From: Amphiscolops sp. MND2022
Taxonomy: Eukaryota
Assembly (NCBI GenBank): GCA_964187785.1
Contig: OZ076410.1
Span: 51,274,001-51,338,000, forward strand
Direction of reading: 5' to 3'
Length of the DNA: 64,000 nt
In this document: positions 23,737-38,029 of the stretch, piece after piece
Layout of the letters: the number at the start of each line of letters is the position of its first letter
Numbering within the stretch: the first letter of the stretch is position 1
The notes under the pieces: generated by a model
Database searches by the model: none
The model's input: only the letters and a program-made list of their open reading frames with translations
Told to the model about the DNA's origin: nothing
Made by a program: the position numbers and the translations under genes

Positions 23737-26700
23737 AAGAAGTTTGAATTTTTTTAAACATGATTATCACCAATAATCATCAAAATATCCCCTTCGAGAG
23801 GAAGTTGAAGAAGACGCGCAAGAGAGGGTGCAGCAGAAGAATACCAAGTTCCACAAGGTACGATAAAATCCTGTTGTTTTACTTTTATTGATTTTACTAA
23901 AAACCATTTTCACTGCCTGCCGAACGTCTCCACTGATACTTTTCGAAATTATTCAAAAAACGTCCACAAATCATTTCAATAATACCTTTATCATGATACT
24001 GACTAATTTTGTTTCAAACGCCGAAAGCAATAAGCATCCCTCCAGCGAGAGGAAAGTGAAGAAGGCTCGCAAGAAGGGGCAGCAGAAGAATACCAAGAAA
24101 AAGTTCCACAAGGTACGATCCAATCCTGTTGTTTACTGATATCGATTTTACTGAAAACCAAGTAAACTACTTGCCAAAAGATTCCGTTGATTCCTATCGA
24201 AAACATTCGAGAAACATCAACATTCCTTTCAATGAAAACCTAATCATGATTGGAAAAGAAATTTGATTTTTATAAACATGATTATCACCAATAATCATCA
24301 AAATATCCCCTTCGAGAGGAAGTTGAAGAAGACGCGCAAGAGAAGGTGCAGCAGAAGAATACCAAGTTCAACAAGGTGCGATAAAATCCTGTTGTTTTAC
24401 TTTTATTAATTTACTAAAAACCATTTTCACTGCCTGCCGAACGTCTCCACTGATACTTTTCGAAATTATTCGAAAACCGTCCACAAATCATTTCAATAAT
24501 AACTTTATCATGATACTGACTAATTTTGTTTCAAACGCCGAAAGCATTAAGAATCCCTCCAGCGAGAGGAAAGTGAAGAAGACTCGCAAGAAGGTGCGGT
24601 AGAAGATTACCAAGAAGAAGTTTCACAAGGTACGATCCAATCCTGTTGTTTTACTGATATCGATTTTACTGAAAACCAAGTAAACTACTTGCCAAAAGAT
24701 TCCGTTGATTCATATCGAAAACATTCGAGAAACATCAACATTCCTTTCAATGAAAACCTAATCATGATTGAAAAAGAAATTTGATTTTTTTAAACATGAT
24801 TATCACCAATAATCATCAAAATATCCCCAGCAGGAAGTTAAAGAAGACGCGCAAGAGAAGGTGCAGCAGAAGAATACCAAGTTCCACAAGGTACAATCCA
24901 ATCCTGTTGTTTTACTGATATCGATTCTTCTGAAAACCAAGTGAACTACTTGCCAAAAGATTCCGTTGATTCATATCGAAAACATTCGAGAAACATCAAC
25001 ATTCCTTTCAATGAAAACCTAATCATGATTGAAAAAGAAATTTGATTTTTTAAAACATGATTATCACCAATAATCATCAAAATATCCCCAGCAGGAAGTT
25101 GAAGAAGACGCGCAAGAGAAAGTGCAGCAGAAGAATACCAAGTTCCACAAGGTACGATAAAATCCTGTTGTTTTATTTTTATTGATTTTACTAAAAACCA
25201 TTTTCACTGCCTGCCAAGCGTCTCTACTGATACTTTTCGAAATTATTCGAAAAACGTCCACAAATCATTTCAATAATAACGTTATCATGATACTGACTAA
25301 TTTTGTTTCAAACGCCGAAAGCAATAAGAATCCCTCCAGCGAGAGGAAAGTGAAGAAGACTCGCAAGAAGGTGCGGTATAAGATTACCAAGAAGAAGTTT
25401 CACAAGGTACGATCCAATCCTGTTGTTTTACTAATATCGATTTTACTGAAAACCAAGTAAACTACTTGCCAAAAGATTCCGTTGATTCATATCGAAAACA
25501 TTCGAGAAACATCAACATTCCTTTCAATGAAAACCTAATCATGATTGAAAAAGAAATTTGATTTTTTTAAACATGATTATCACCAATAATCATCAAAATA
25601 TCCCCAGCAGGAAGTTGAAGAAGACGCGCAAGAGAAAGTGCAGCAGAAGAATACCAAGTTCCACAAGGTACGATAAAATCCTGTTGTTTTATTTTTATTG
25701 ATTTTACTAAAAACCATTTTCACTGCCTGCCAAACGTCTCTACTGATACTTTTCGAAGTTATTCGAAAAACGTCCACAAATCATTTCAATAATAACGTTA
25801 TCATGATACTGACTAATTTTGTTTCAAACGCCGAAAGCAATAAGAATCCCTCCAGCGAGAGGAAAGTGAAGAAGACTCGCAAGAAGGTGCGGTATAAGAT
25901 TACCAAGAAGAAGTTTCACAAGGTACGATCCAATCCTGTTGTTTTACTAATATCGATTTTACTGAAAACCAAGTAAACTACTTGCCAAAAGATTCCGTTG
26001 ATTCATATCGAAAACATTCGAGAAACATCAACATTCCTTTCAATGAAAACCTAATCATGATTGAAAAAGAAATTTAATTTTTTAAAACAAGATTATCACC
26101 AATAATCATCAAAATATCCCCAGGAAGTTGAAGAAGACGCGCAAGAGAAAGTGCAGCAGAAGAATACCAAGTTCCACAAGGTACGATAAAATCCTGTTGT
26201 TTTATTTTTATTGATTTTACTAAAAACCATTTTCACTGCCTGCCAAACGTCTCTACTGATACTTTTCGAAATTATTCGAAAAACGTCCTAAAATCATTTC
26301 AATAATAACGTTATCATGATACTGACTAATTTTGTTTCAAACGCCGAAAGCAATAAGAATCCCTCCAGCGAGAGGAAAGTGAAGAAGACTCGCAAGAAGG
26401 TGCGGTATAAGATTACCAAGAAGAAGTTTCACAAGGTACGATCCAATCCTGTTGTTTTACTAATATCGATTTTACTGAAAACCAAGTAAACTACTTGCCA
26501 AAAGATTCCGTTGATTCATATAAAAAAACATTCGAGAAACATCAACATTCCTTTCAATGAAAACCTAATCATGATTGAAAAAGAAATTTAATTTTTTTGA
26601 ACAAGATTATCACCAATAATCATCAAAATATCCCCAGGAAGTTGAAGAAGACGCGCAAGAGAAGGTGCAGCAGAAGAATACCAAGTTCCACAAGGTACGA

Positions 26701-29676
26701 TCCAATCCTGTTGTTTTACTGATATCGATTCTTCTGAAAACAGAGTAAACTACTTGCCAAAAGATTTCGTTGATTCCCATCGAAAACATTCGAGAAACAT
26801 CAACATTCTTTTCAATGACCCCTAATCATGATTGAAAAAGAAATTTGATTTTTTAAAAGATGATCATCACCAATACTCATCAAAATATCCCCTTCGAGAG
26901 GAAGTTGAAGAAGACGCGCAAGAGAAGGTGCAGCAGAAGAATACCAAGTTCAACAAGGTGCGATAAAACACTGTTGTTTTACTTTTATCGATATTACTAA
27001 AAACCATTTTCACTGCTTGCCAAACGTCTCCACTGATACTTTTCAAAATTATTCGAAAAACGTCCACCAATCATTCCAATAATAAGTTTATCATGATACT
27101 GACTCATTTTGTTTCAAACGCAGGAAGCAATAAGAATCCCTCAAGCGAGAGGAAAGTGAAGACGACTCGCAAGAAGGTGCAGCAGAAGAATACCAAGAAA
27201 AAATTCCTCGAGGTATGATCAAATCTTGTTGTTTTACTGATATCGATTTTACTGAAAACCAAGTAAACTTCTTGCCAAAAGATTCCGTTGATTCATATCG
27301 AAAACATTCGAGAAACATCAACATTCCTTTCAATGAAAGCCTAATCATGATTGAAAAAGAAATTTGATTTTTTTAAACAAGATTATCACCAATAATCATC
27401 AAAATATCCCCAGGAAGTTGAAGAAGACGCGCAAGAGAAGGTGCAGCAGAAGAATACCACGTTCCACAACGTACGATCCAATCCTGTTGTTTTACTGATA
27501 TCGAATCTTCTGAAAACCAAGTAAACTACTTGCCAAAAGATTTCGTTGATTCCCATCGAAAACATTCGAGAAACATCAACATTCCATTCAATGACCCCTA
27601 ATCATGATTGAAAAAAAATTTGATTTTTTTAAACATGATCATCACCAATACTCATCAAAATATCCCCTTCGAGAGGAAGTTGAAGAAGACGCGCAAGAGA
27701 AGGTGCAGCAGAAGAATACCAAGTTCAACAAGGTGCGATAAAACACTGTTGTTTTACTTTTATCGATATTACTAAAAACCATTTTCACTGCCTGCCGAAC
27801 GTCTCCACTGATACTTTTCGAAATTATTCGAAAAACGTCCACCAATCATTCCAATAAGAAGTTTATCATGATACTGACTAATTTTGTTTCAAACGGCGGA
27901 AGCAATAAGAATCCCTCCAGCGAGAGAAAAGTGAAGACGACTCGCAAGAAGGTGCAGCAGAAGATTACCAAGAAAAAATTCCTCGAGGTACGATCAAATC
28001 TTGTTGTTTTACTGATATCGATTTTACTGAAAACCAAGTAAATTTCTTGCCAAAAGATTCCGTTGATTCCTATCGAAAACATTCGAGAAACATCAACATT
28101 CCTTTCAATGAAAACCTAATCATGATTGGAAAAGAAATTTGATTTTTATAAACATGATTATCACCAATAATCATCAAAATATCCCCTTCGAGAGGAAGTT
28201 GAAGAAGACGCGCAAGAGAAGGTGCAGCAGAAGAATACCAAGTTCAACAAAGTGCGATAAAATCCTGTTGTTTTACTTTTATCAATTTACTAAAAACCAT
28301 TTTCACTGCCTGCCGAACGTCTCCACTGATACTTTTCGAAATTATTCGAAAAACAGCCACAAATCATATCAATAATAATTTTATCATGACACTGACTACT
28401 TTTGTTTCAAACGCCGGAAGCAAAAAGAATCCCTCCAGCGAGAGGAAAGTGAAGAAGACTCGCAAGAAGGTGCGGTAGAAGATTACCAAGAAGAGGTTTC
28501 ACAAGGTACGATCCAATCCTGTTGTTTTACTGATATCGATTTTACTGAAAACCAAGTAAACTACTTGCCAAAAGATTCCGTTGATTCCTATCGAAAACAT
28601 TCGAGAAACACCAACATTCCTCTCAATGAAAACCTAATCATGATTGAAAAAAAAATTGATTTTTTTAAACATGATTATCGCCAATAATCATCAAAATATC
28701 CCCAAGAAGTTGAAGAAGACGCGCAAGAGAAGGTGCAGCAGAAGAATACCAAGTTCCACAAGGTACAATAAAATCCTGTTGTTTTACTTTTATCAATTTA
28801 CTAAAAACCATTTTCACTGCCTGCCGAACGTCTCCACTGATACTTTTCGAAATTATTCGAAAAACGTCCACAAATCATTTCAATAATAATTTTATCATGA
28901 TACTGACTACTTTTGTTTCAAACACCGAAAGCAAAAAAGATCCTTCCAGCAAGAGGAAAATGAAGAAGACTCGCAAGAAGGTGCGGTAGAAGATTACCAA
29001 GAAGAGGTTTCACAAGGTACGATCCAATCCTGTTGTTTTTTCTGATATCGATTTTACTGAAAACCAAGTAAACTACTTGCCAAAAGATTCCGTTGATTCC
29101 TATCGGAAACATTCGAGAAACATCAACATTCCTTTCAATGAAAACCTAATCCTGATTGGAAAAGAAATTTGATTTTTATAAACATGATTATCACCAATAA
29201 TCATCAAAATAACCCCTTCGAGAGGAAGTTGAAGAAGACGCGCAAGAGAAGGTGCAGCAGAAGAATACCAAGTTCAACAAGGTGCGATAAAATACTGTTG
29301 TTTTACTTTTATCGATATTACTAAAAGCCATTTTCACTGCCTGCCAAACGTCTCCACTGATACTTTTCGTAAATATTGGAAAAACGTCCACCAATCATTC
29401 CAATAATAAGTTTATCATGATATTGACTAATTTTGTTTCAAACACCGGAAGCAATAAGAATCCCGCCAGCGAGAGGAAAGTGAAGACGACTCGCAAGAAG
29501 GTGCAGCAGAAGATTACCAAGAAAAAATTCCTCGAGGTACGATCAAATCCTGTTGTTTTACTGATATCGATTTTACTGAAAACCAAGTAAACTTCTTGCC
29601 AAAAGATTCCGTTGATTCCTATCGAAAACATTCGAGAAACATCAACATTCCTTTCAATGAAAACCTAATCATGATT
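23737..29676. repeat. Higher-order satellite: about 258-bp monomers arranged as about 516-bp dimers plus some single units
   Basis: The marker ATGATTATCACCAATAATCATCAAAATATCCCC recurs 13 times, at about 516-bp or 258-bp spacing. The ORF track repeats at +516 (25182 and 25698). Confidence 0.95.
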
Positions 29677-29909
29677 TTAGCAAGTTCTGTTTCAAATTCC
29701 GACAGCAACGAACAAGTTTCAGAAGCAGATGAAGAAGCATATCTGGTTGTTTTTGTGGGTTAAGCAGAGCATCATGAGTTCTTGGATGTAAGTGGAGATG
29801 TTTCCGCCTCGCAGATACGAGTGTCCTGCACCACTGTTAGCAGCAGCGAAATAGAGTAGGAGCCGCGGCGGAAAACAGTAAATCTAGGCCAAGGGCAATT
29901 GGATGGCAT

Positions 29910-30175
29910 AAACTTACCCCAACATTGAATTTGGAGCTCCGAGAAACATCTCCGAAGATTGTTCGAAACCAAGACATTCTCGAGAAGTGGTGCAAAAACG
30001 ATAATGTATTCCTATTAAGTGAACCCCACGTCCAAGGTCAAGTATTTAAAGTGACGATAACAGGCGGCGAGTCATTAATCATGCCAACAGGCATGATACA
30101 TATGGTCAGAACCCGCGAGGACAGCATGGACGTGGGATTCAATTTTTTGACCATGTGTGAACAGAGTAATTATAC
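29910..30175 (+). pseudogene. JmjC domain C-terminal fragment (KDM2/KDM7-like 2OG oxygenase)
   Basis: PTLNLEL...VFKVTITGGESLIMPTGMIHMVRTREDSMDVGFNFL matches the pattern GxTLxIPxGWIHAVxTPxDSLxFGGNFL. Confidence 0.65.
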
Positions 30176-33100
30176 TTAATTCACTGAGTACCTGTCATAA
30201 TACAGCGTGAGAAAACTTGTTTCACAGTTGTTGTCATTCTCTGTTGATTCGCTAAAATAACTACCGCTGCAATTTTCGTACACTCTGCTAGTTTGAGATA
30301 GAACATCAACAAACGTTCAAAAAAAACAAAAAGTTTCACTAACGGTTGTGCATAATTATAGACACCACATTAGATAATCGCATAAATTCACAGCGGATTC
30401 AAATGTGAATTTTTTCCTTTGACTTTTTTAAGTTAACATTTTTTGGTCTCTTAGGTGATTAGATCGTTTAGGTTGAATACCATTTTCGAGATGAAATTAG
30501 TTTTTTATTCAAATTTTTTTGTATTTATTATACTATTATACTTTGTTTCTTTCCCATATTTTATTATTACTTTTCGAGACTTGTTTCCGACGAAAAATTT
30601 CGGCACTTGTTAAGAGTTGACATTTTTTCGCAGTACCCAGGGAGTGAAATTAGGCTATGTTTACTGTAGTTTTCTAGAATTTGGAATTTCAGTTCTCAGT
30701 CTTTGGAAAAATTATTTTTGTTTTGCCTATTCTATATTCATTTCTTTTGCGCTGCTATGTTTTGCTACGTTTATATTTTGACTTGTTATAGAAGAATTCG
30801 AATGATTCGATTAAAATGTCACCATACAAACAGGTAAAAATTGCAATATTTGTTGAATCAAAGTTTTCACGATTTATCAGTTATGATTATCAAAGTAGTC
30901 TCAGTCTGATGAGTCTGAGGATGACTCGTCGTGTTGTTTTGATTGTCAATTATTTCCCTTTGTTCACGCTTCTTCAGCAATTCTTGTCGTTTGCGAAGTA
31001 CCGAAGCTATGGCTGAAGTTGCGCTTTGTAGTTTGGGATTACTTTGAAGAAAGCAATTTTTGCGATGATCACGAAGAGCAGTTGATGTTATGCCTGGCAC
31101 TGAACGCAAAAGACACCACATCCAAAATTGTTGATGTATCGTTATTTTTCAAGATAAAGTCAATGGGTAAAAACGTGAGTCCACGACTGGCCAATCGTCG
31201 TAAAATGTAACTGGTTTGACATGGTTCTTTCAGTTTTCCTTTTTTCTGCCTTTTCCTTTGGGCAACACTTCTGTCAGTTGTGGCAAGGTTTCACCAGAAG
31301 TCGTTTGACTAATGAGATCTGTGTCATTTTGGAAAAGCACACAAATGTGTCGCTACTTGGATTGTCCGGTGAAGAGAGTATTCAATCCAGCTCGTTCTAG
31401 AACTTTCCCTCCCGCTTTTTTGATAATTTTTTGTGACACTCAACGGGTTCGAGATTTTTTTCATCTTTGTTTTCCTGTTGAATTCGTTGCTGTTTTTTGA
31501 ATTTGCCATACAAAAAAGATCTCGATTCTGAAGCAAACGGAAGGTTTCTAACTTCTGTGGAAACGATTGGTTATATACAGAATTTCGATTTTGTAATAAA
31601 AAGTTTCTAAGGTGGTCGTTCCATTTGCTGAACGTGCATATTTTTTAGACGATTTTGCATGTATTCAGTTTCATTTGCTCCAATCATTATGAAAAGATAC
31701 GTAATAGTTACATCATTCAAAGCTCACTGTCAAGCGGCGTGACCAATCAAATTAGAGAAATTTTTACATACTGATAAATCATCTCACAATAAGCACGAAA
31801 CTGGGAAATTTCTCAGAAAGACTAATCGCAACAAGTAGTTGATAACATAAAAGCGAATAGATTGGATTGGATGTCTTTTTTCGCCAGAGAGATTTCCAAT
31901 CTCAATCTACTTAATAATTGCCACAGTTGTTGAATGCGCGGTAGTCACCGGCAATCGATATTTTTGCGGCAACATATACCACACACAAAACGAGCACATG
32001 GACACCGAAGGCTGCACCAACATCGAATCAGAGAAGCGAACCTCGATGTCAAGAGAAAACCCAACTATGTGGAAACTTAATTTATAGTCCTCAGGTTTCA
32101 AAACCAAAGGCTGGACGTGTTCTTATTGGTAGGAAAAGATTCTTACACTTGGAAAAGCGGGCTTTCTCGCGAGCTTTTCCGACCGGAATGAAAGCTTTCT
32201 CGATTGGTCCCAGGAAGTCCAAAAAAGAAAGGTTCACTTTTATGGCTTCTTTAAAAAGCCGCTGAAAGCAAACGGAGAGCTGTTCGTCGATGGTGCCTTC
32301 CAAAGTCGAAACCCGAAGACTAAAACAGACAGTGAAAAACATTTCTAGAAACATCGGTTACGCGTGTCAAATTGTCCATCCTCCTCGCATGGTCTTTTGC
32401 TTGAAGTCTCTTAATTCACTGAGTACCTGTCATAATACAGCGTGAGAAAACTTGTTTCACAGTTGTTGTCATTCTCTGTTGATTCGCTAAAATAACTACC
32501 GCTGCAATTTTCGTACACTCTGCTAGTTTGAGATAGAACATCAACAAACGTTCAAAAAAAAACAAAAAGTTTCACTAATGGTTGTGCATAATTATAGACA
32601 CCACATTAGATAATCGCATAAATTCACAGCGGATTCAAATGTGAATTTTTTCCTTTGACTTTTTTAAGTTAACATTTTTTGGTCTCTTAGGTGATTAGAT
32701 CGTTTAGGTTGAATACCATTTTCGAGATGAAATTAGTTTTTTATTCAAATTTTTTTTGTATTTATTATACTATTATACTTTGTCTCTTTCCCATATTTTA
32801 TTATTACTTTTCGAGACTTGTTTCCGACAAAAAAATTCGGCACTTGTTAAGAGTTGACATTTTTTCGCAGTACCCAGGGAGTGAAATTAGGCTATGTTTA
32901 CTGTAGTTTTCTAGAATTTGGAATTTCAGTTCTCAGTCTTTGGAAAAATTATTTTTGTTTTGCCTATTCTATATTCATTTCTTTTGCGCTGCTATGTTTT
33001 GCTACGTTTATATTTTGAATTGTTATAGAAAAATTCGAATGATTCGATTAAAATGTCACCATACAAACAGGTAAAAATTGCAATATTTGTTGAATCAAAG

Positions 33101-34649
33101 TTTTCACGATTTATCAGTTATGATTATCAAAGTAGTCTCAGTCTGATGAGTCTGAGGATGACTCGTCGTGTTGTTTTGATTGTCAATTATTTCCCTTTGT
33201 TCACGCTTCTTCAGCAATTCTTGTCGTTTGCGAAGTACCGAAGCTATGGCTGAAGTTGCGCTTTGTAGTTTGGGATTACTTTGAAGAAAGCAATTTTTGC
33301 GATGATCACGAAGAGCAGTTGATGTTATGCCTGGCACTGAACGCAAAAGACACCACATCCAAAATTGTTGATGTTTCGTTATTTTTCAAGATAAAGTCAA
33401 TGGGTAAAAACGTGAGTCCACGACTGGCCAATCGTCGTAAAATGTAACTGGTTTGACATGGTTCTTTCAGTTTTCCTTTTTTCTGCCTTTTCCTTTGGGC
33501 AACACTTCTGTCAGTTGTGGCAAGGTTTCACCAGAAGTCGTTTGACTAATGAGATCTGTGTCATTTTGGAAAAGCACACAAATGTGTCGCTACTTGGATT
33601 GTCCGGTGAAGAGAGTATTCAATCCAGCTATTTCTAGAACTTTCCCTCCCGCTTTTTTGATAATTTTTTGTGACACTCAACGGGTTCGAGATTTTTTTCA
33701 TCTTTGTTTTCCTGTTTAATTCGTTGCTGTTTTTTGAATTTGCCATACAAAAAAGATCTCGACTCTGAAGCAAACGGAAGGTTTCTAACTTCTGTGGAAA
33801 CGATTGGTTATATACAGAACTTCGATTTTGTAATAAAAAGTTTCTAAGGTGGTCGTTCCATTTGCTGAACGTGCATATTTTTTAGACGATTTTGCATGTA
33901 TTCAGTTTCATTTGCTCCAATCATTATGAAAAGATACGTAATAGTTACATCATTCAAAGCTCACTGTCAAGCGGCGTGACCAATCAAATTAGAGAAATTT
34001 TTACATACTGATAAATCATCTCACAATAAGCACGAAACTGGGAAATTTCTCAGAAAGACTAATCGCAACAAGTAGTTGATAGCATAAAAGCGAATAGATT
34101 GGATTGGATGTCTTTTTTCGCCAGAGAGATTTCCAATCTCAATCTACTTACTAATTGCCACAGTTGTTGAATGCGCGGTAGTCACCGGCAATCGATATTT
34201 TTGCGGCAACATATACCACACCCAAAACGAGCACATGGACACCGAAGGCTGCACCAACATCGAATCAGAGAAGCGAACCTCGATGTCAAGAGAAAACCCA
34301 ACTATGTGGAAACTTAATTTATAGTCCTCAGGTTTCAAAACCAAAGGCTGGACGTGTTCTAATTGGTAGGAAAAGATTCTTACACTTGGAAAAGCGGGCT
34401 TTCTCGCGAGCTTTTCCGACCGGAATGAAAGCTTTCTCGATTGGTCCCAGGAAGTCCAAAAAAGAAAGGTTCACTTTTATGGCTTCTTTAAAAAGCCGCT
34501 GAAAGCAAACGGAGAGCTGTTCGTCGATGGTGACTTCCAAAGTCGAAACCCGAAGACTAAAACAGACAGTGAAAAACATTTCTAGAAACATCGGTTACGC
34601 GTGTCAAATTGTCCATCCTCCTCGCATGGTCTTTTGCTTGAAGTCTCTT
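30175..34649. repeat. Head-to-tail tandem duplication, 2 units of about 2237 bp
   Basis: Near-identical ORFs offset by 2237 (30816/33053, 32091/34328). CTT at all three breakpoints. Confidence 0.96.
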
Positions 34650-34997
34650 CGCACAGGTGGAAGAACGTTGATTCAATCTAGCTTTTTTCTGACAGCCAGT
34701 GAATGAGGCACATTTTTAGTTTGTACAGTGTCAAACCTAGTTACACATCGAACAGTACAATCGAAATGTGATAGTTGATTTTTGACCATTTTTCATAGTC
34801 GGAAATGCCCTTTCTTTCGAATTTCTTCCTCGTCCTAATCAGTACGGTCAGCTGATTTAATGACTTACTCCTGAGTTTGCATCAAACGTTTCATTTGACA
34901 TGGGTTTTTGACATTTCAAAAAGAATCAGGATGAAGAATTTTCAACACATTCATGCTTGCACTTTTCTTGTTCTCGGTAAAAACTCCCTCAAACAGT

Positions 34998-36074
34998 TCA
35001 AGATGAATCATGCTGAATACCGGCCGAAGCATGTTTGTCCAAATCAGCAATGCCATTGATTGCTTCTCTGCCTCCAAAGGAAATGAGAGCACAGTTTTTG
35101 CTGCGCTTGTCGAAGTCAAATTCGAAGCCGGGGTCTTTCCAACAACTCTCGGTCAAATTGCGCTGGAAATTGTCCCTAATGAAATCAACAGTAGCTGGGT
35201 TATCTTCGGATTGGAGCATTTTCAACTCCACGGAATTTTTAATGTATCCCTCAACACACCTTGTTTTTGCATGAGTGCCGTCGGGACAAACACACAAGAT
35301 GTCTGGCAAAAACGTCAAACTTTCAGGTGCAATGGCGGCTCGAAATGGTCGGCGAACGTCACCTCGGTAGTCATTTTGTCCGTGCACGTTTTCTGGTTCA
35401 ACTGAATTGTCATTCCCAAGATACATCTGCAGTTTAGATTGATTTTCTTCACTCTCCATTTGATCAACCGAGGTACCGATGAGAAGGCAATTTCAGAATG
35501 GCTGACCAATGTTTGTCAAACGGACTTCGACTTCATGGAGTGTTTTGGCTGCTGGTAAAGCCAAAAGGAATGTTACTCATCTAACTGCAGGTAGCCGACG
35601 TTTTGCTCTAGCAACCAACGACCGTCGTGACCTGTAAATACGTCTCGTTCAAAATGCAAAGTTACCGTAGAGCTAAATTAGAGGTGTAAAGCTTATTTAT
35701 GTGTTTGGGATTCAGCAGGGCATGTTGTCAAAATAGCAGAACATATTTTGGAAAACAGCAAAAGAGAAGAGTGCATCTGATGACTGATTGCTGATAGATG
35801 TTCCTTCGAGAAAACGGAAGGCCATTCGAAATTGAATCTTCTTTCGAATTTGAACACCTTCTCCCCAAATATCAATATTCACACCTTGCAAATCAGTTCT
35901 CTTTTTGAGCAGAGTAAGTGTCACGACTCTGATAGCACGTACAAGATCAATTTTGAATCCCCAGAAAGAGTACTTTGGTCTGAATTGGGACATTAACTTT
36001 GAAATCATTAGTTTCGACATTTCTTTGATCGCTGTAAAACCTAGAATTAGTTGTTTTTTGCCCAGTCTATTCAT
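34998..36074 (-). pseudogene. Unidentified decayed ORFs, possibly a DNA-transposase relic
   Basis: Protein-like ORFs of 120 aa and 153 aa. NIDIWGEGVQI loosely resembles RNase-H-fold xxxDG motifs. Confidence 0.25.
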
Positions 36075-38029
36075 ATGGGCGTGATAAGATTTTAGGCGTG
36101 TTAACCATATTTATCCAACTACTAGTTTTATTACAGACAAATATTTCTAACTTCAGGTTTGAATTGTTTGAAAAAACCCCGTTCGAGAGAGCCTTAGCTT
36201 TGTATTGATAAAGAGTTCTTCCGTGCTTTGGCATGAAGCCGTTCCTGTTCTGTAGCTGCTAAAATTGCGAAAACTTTATGTATTGTTTACTGAAACCTGA
36301 TTCAGGTTGAGAAAATTGCTTCACTGGGATTGAAAGTGGATTGACGAACGATTGTGAGTCGAGAATTTGAGAACAACTAGGACACGTATTTTTTTGTAAT
36401 TGTGTCCATAAAAACCCACTTTGTACACCACGAATAATTTTTACTTGCATTATTCTAACGGCAACGAAGCAAGTTTTTGTTTTTTTATTGCACACTTTTC
36501 GAGTTTTCATTCAGTTCCTCCAAGTAATATATCTATCGCGTTTTTCAGTTTTCAAAATTTCACCTTTTACCATTCCCCGCAAAAACATCCAAAATTTTGG
36601 CACCTACATAACTCTTTCCTTCAATTGTTTTAGTAAAGTCGTGCAAAAATTTCTCGAGGTGTATTGTCATGCTCATTGCAATACGTCAGAATTTATATTT
36701 GAAATTAATTAAGTTTTTGTAGTTTTAGCCTGTTCACACCCACGTGGATTTTAAATGCGTCTGGTTGTCCAAAAAGCGTTTGACAAAGAATTATAAATTT
36801 ATCTAATTACGTTGTTTGTCTATCGTGCAAAAGTTTCTGAGGTCTTTCAAAACGCGTCTGACTTTAATTAAAACGCGTCTGACAATTGAAATGCATCTGT
36901 ATGAAACGATTTGGTTCGATCTAACTCACTTGATAAATGTTAGTGCCGATAACAATTTAAATTGCTCAAACATGCTTGTCAAACATTAGTGGCAGTTGCA
37001 AAACTGAAAACACTCGATAAAGAAAAACTTCTTGATAAACTAAACCCTACTTTATCAATTGAGATTTACTTTTTAAGTGCTTTTGATATAAAATAGAGCG
37101 AGTTAAGTTTTGGATCCTGCTTGCATCATTGAATTTGAAGGATCATTTGGAAACCGAATAAAAAACCTCAACTGACCTGATAAACTTGTGAAGCAATTCG
37201 GTTCAGACAGAATTGAAGTGTCTTCCATACACCCCAAAATTGCTGGCCTGTTAGAAAATGTATAGTACTATAGGATGTCCGTAGTCCCCGGAAATCCAAG
37301 AAGCCAGCAGAACCCGTTTTCGACATCCCAGACCGAAAAAGGCGCCAAATAGTGGACAGAACCTATTTCGCTGAGACGTCCCGGAAATCCCAGCAGACAT
37401 CTCTAGTTTAGAATAAGTTAGAAAGGATGCCAAGGAATCGAAGCTGCGGAAGTCGGTTTACGTTGTCATGAATGACCCTTCCAGCAAAATATGGCTGATT
37501 CCTTCGCCGGGGATACGAAGGACATTGAGTTCATCGACTGTGAACAATTTTGTTCGAAAAACTGGACTCATCCAGATACAAGACAGCCTTCAGAGTAGAG
37601 TCTGATTCAGAGTCCGAAGATGTTCAGCCATCGCTGCAAAAAAAGCGGTAGTTGAAACAGTGCAGCTCCAGAAGCCACCATGATTTCTCCCAGACCGAAC
37701 ATTGACATTGCCGCAAACATTGTGATTGTTGCCGAGAAAAACAATCTTCTGGAAAGTGTACACTGCGAGAATGGTATCGCTTCAACGGGTATGCGAGTTT
37801 GGTTGACACTGTCTAACACCTACTCTACTAGGAAAACAAAAACAACCGAAAAGAAGTTGTTATTTGCCACAAGCTTCCTCTTGGAAAAGCTACATGTGTA
37901 TAGGAAATTTGCCTCAAAAATCTCTCTCAAAGCATCATAATTATGGACTTATTTTATAATTTCATTTTTGAAAACGACAATTCAATAACTTATTATTACT
38001 AAAAGATATTAAGTAATCTTATTCTGTTA

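Noticed and set aside
23737-29676. Lys/Arg-rich ORFs repeated in the satellite
   Set aside because: They are short, vary in frame and are by-products of the repeat; there is no evidence of coding constraint.
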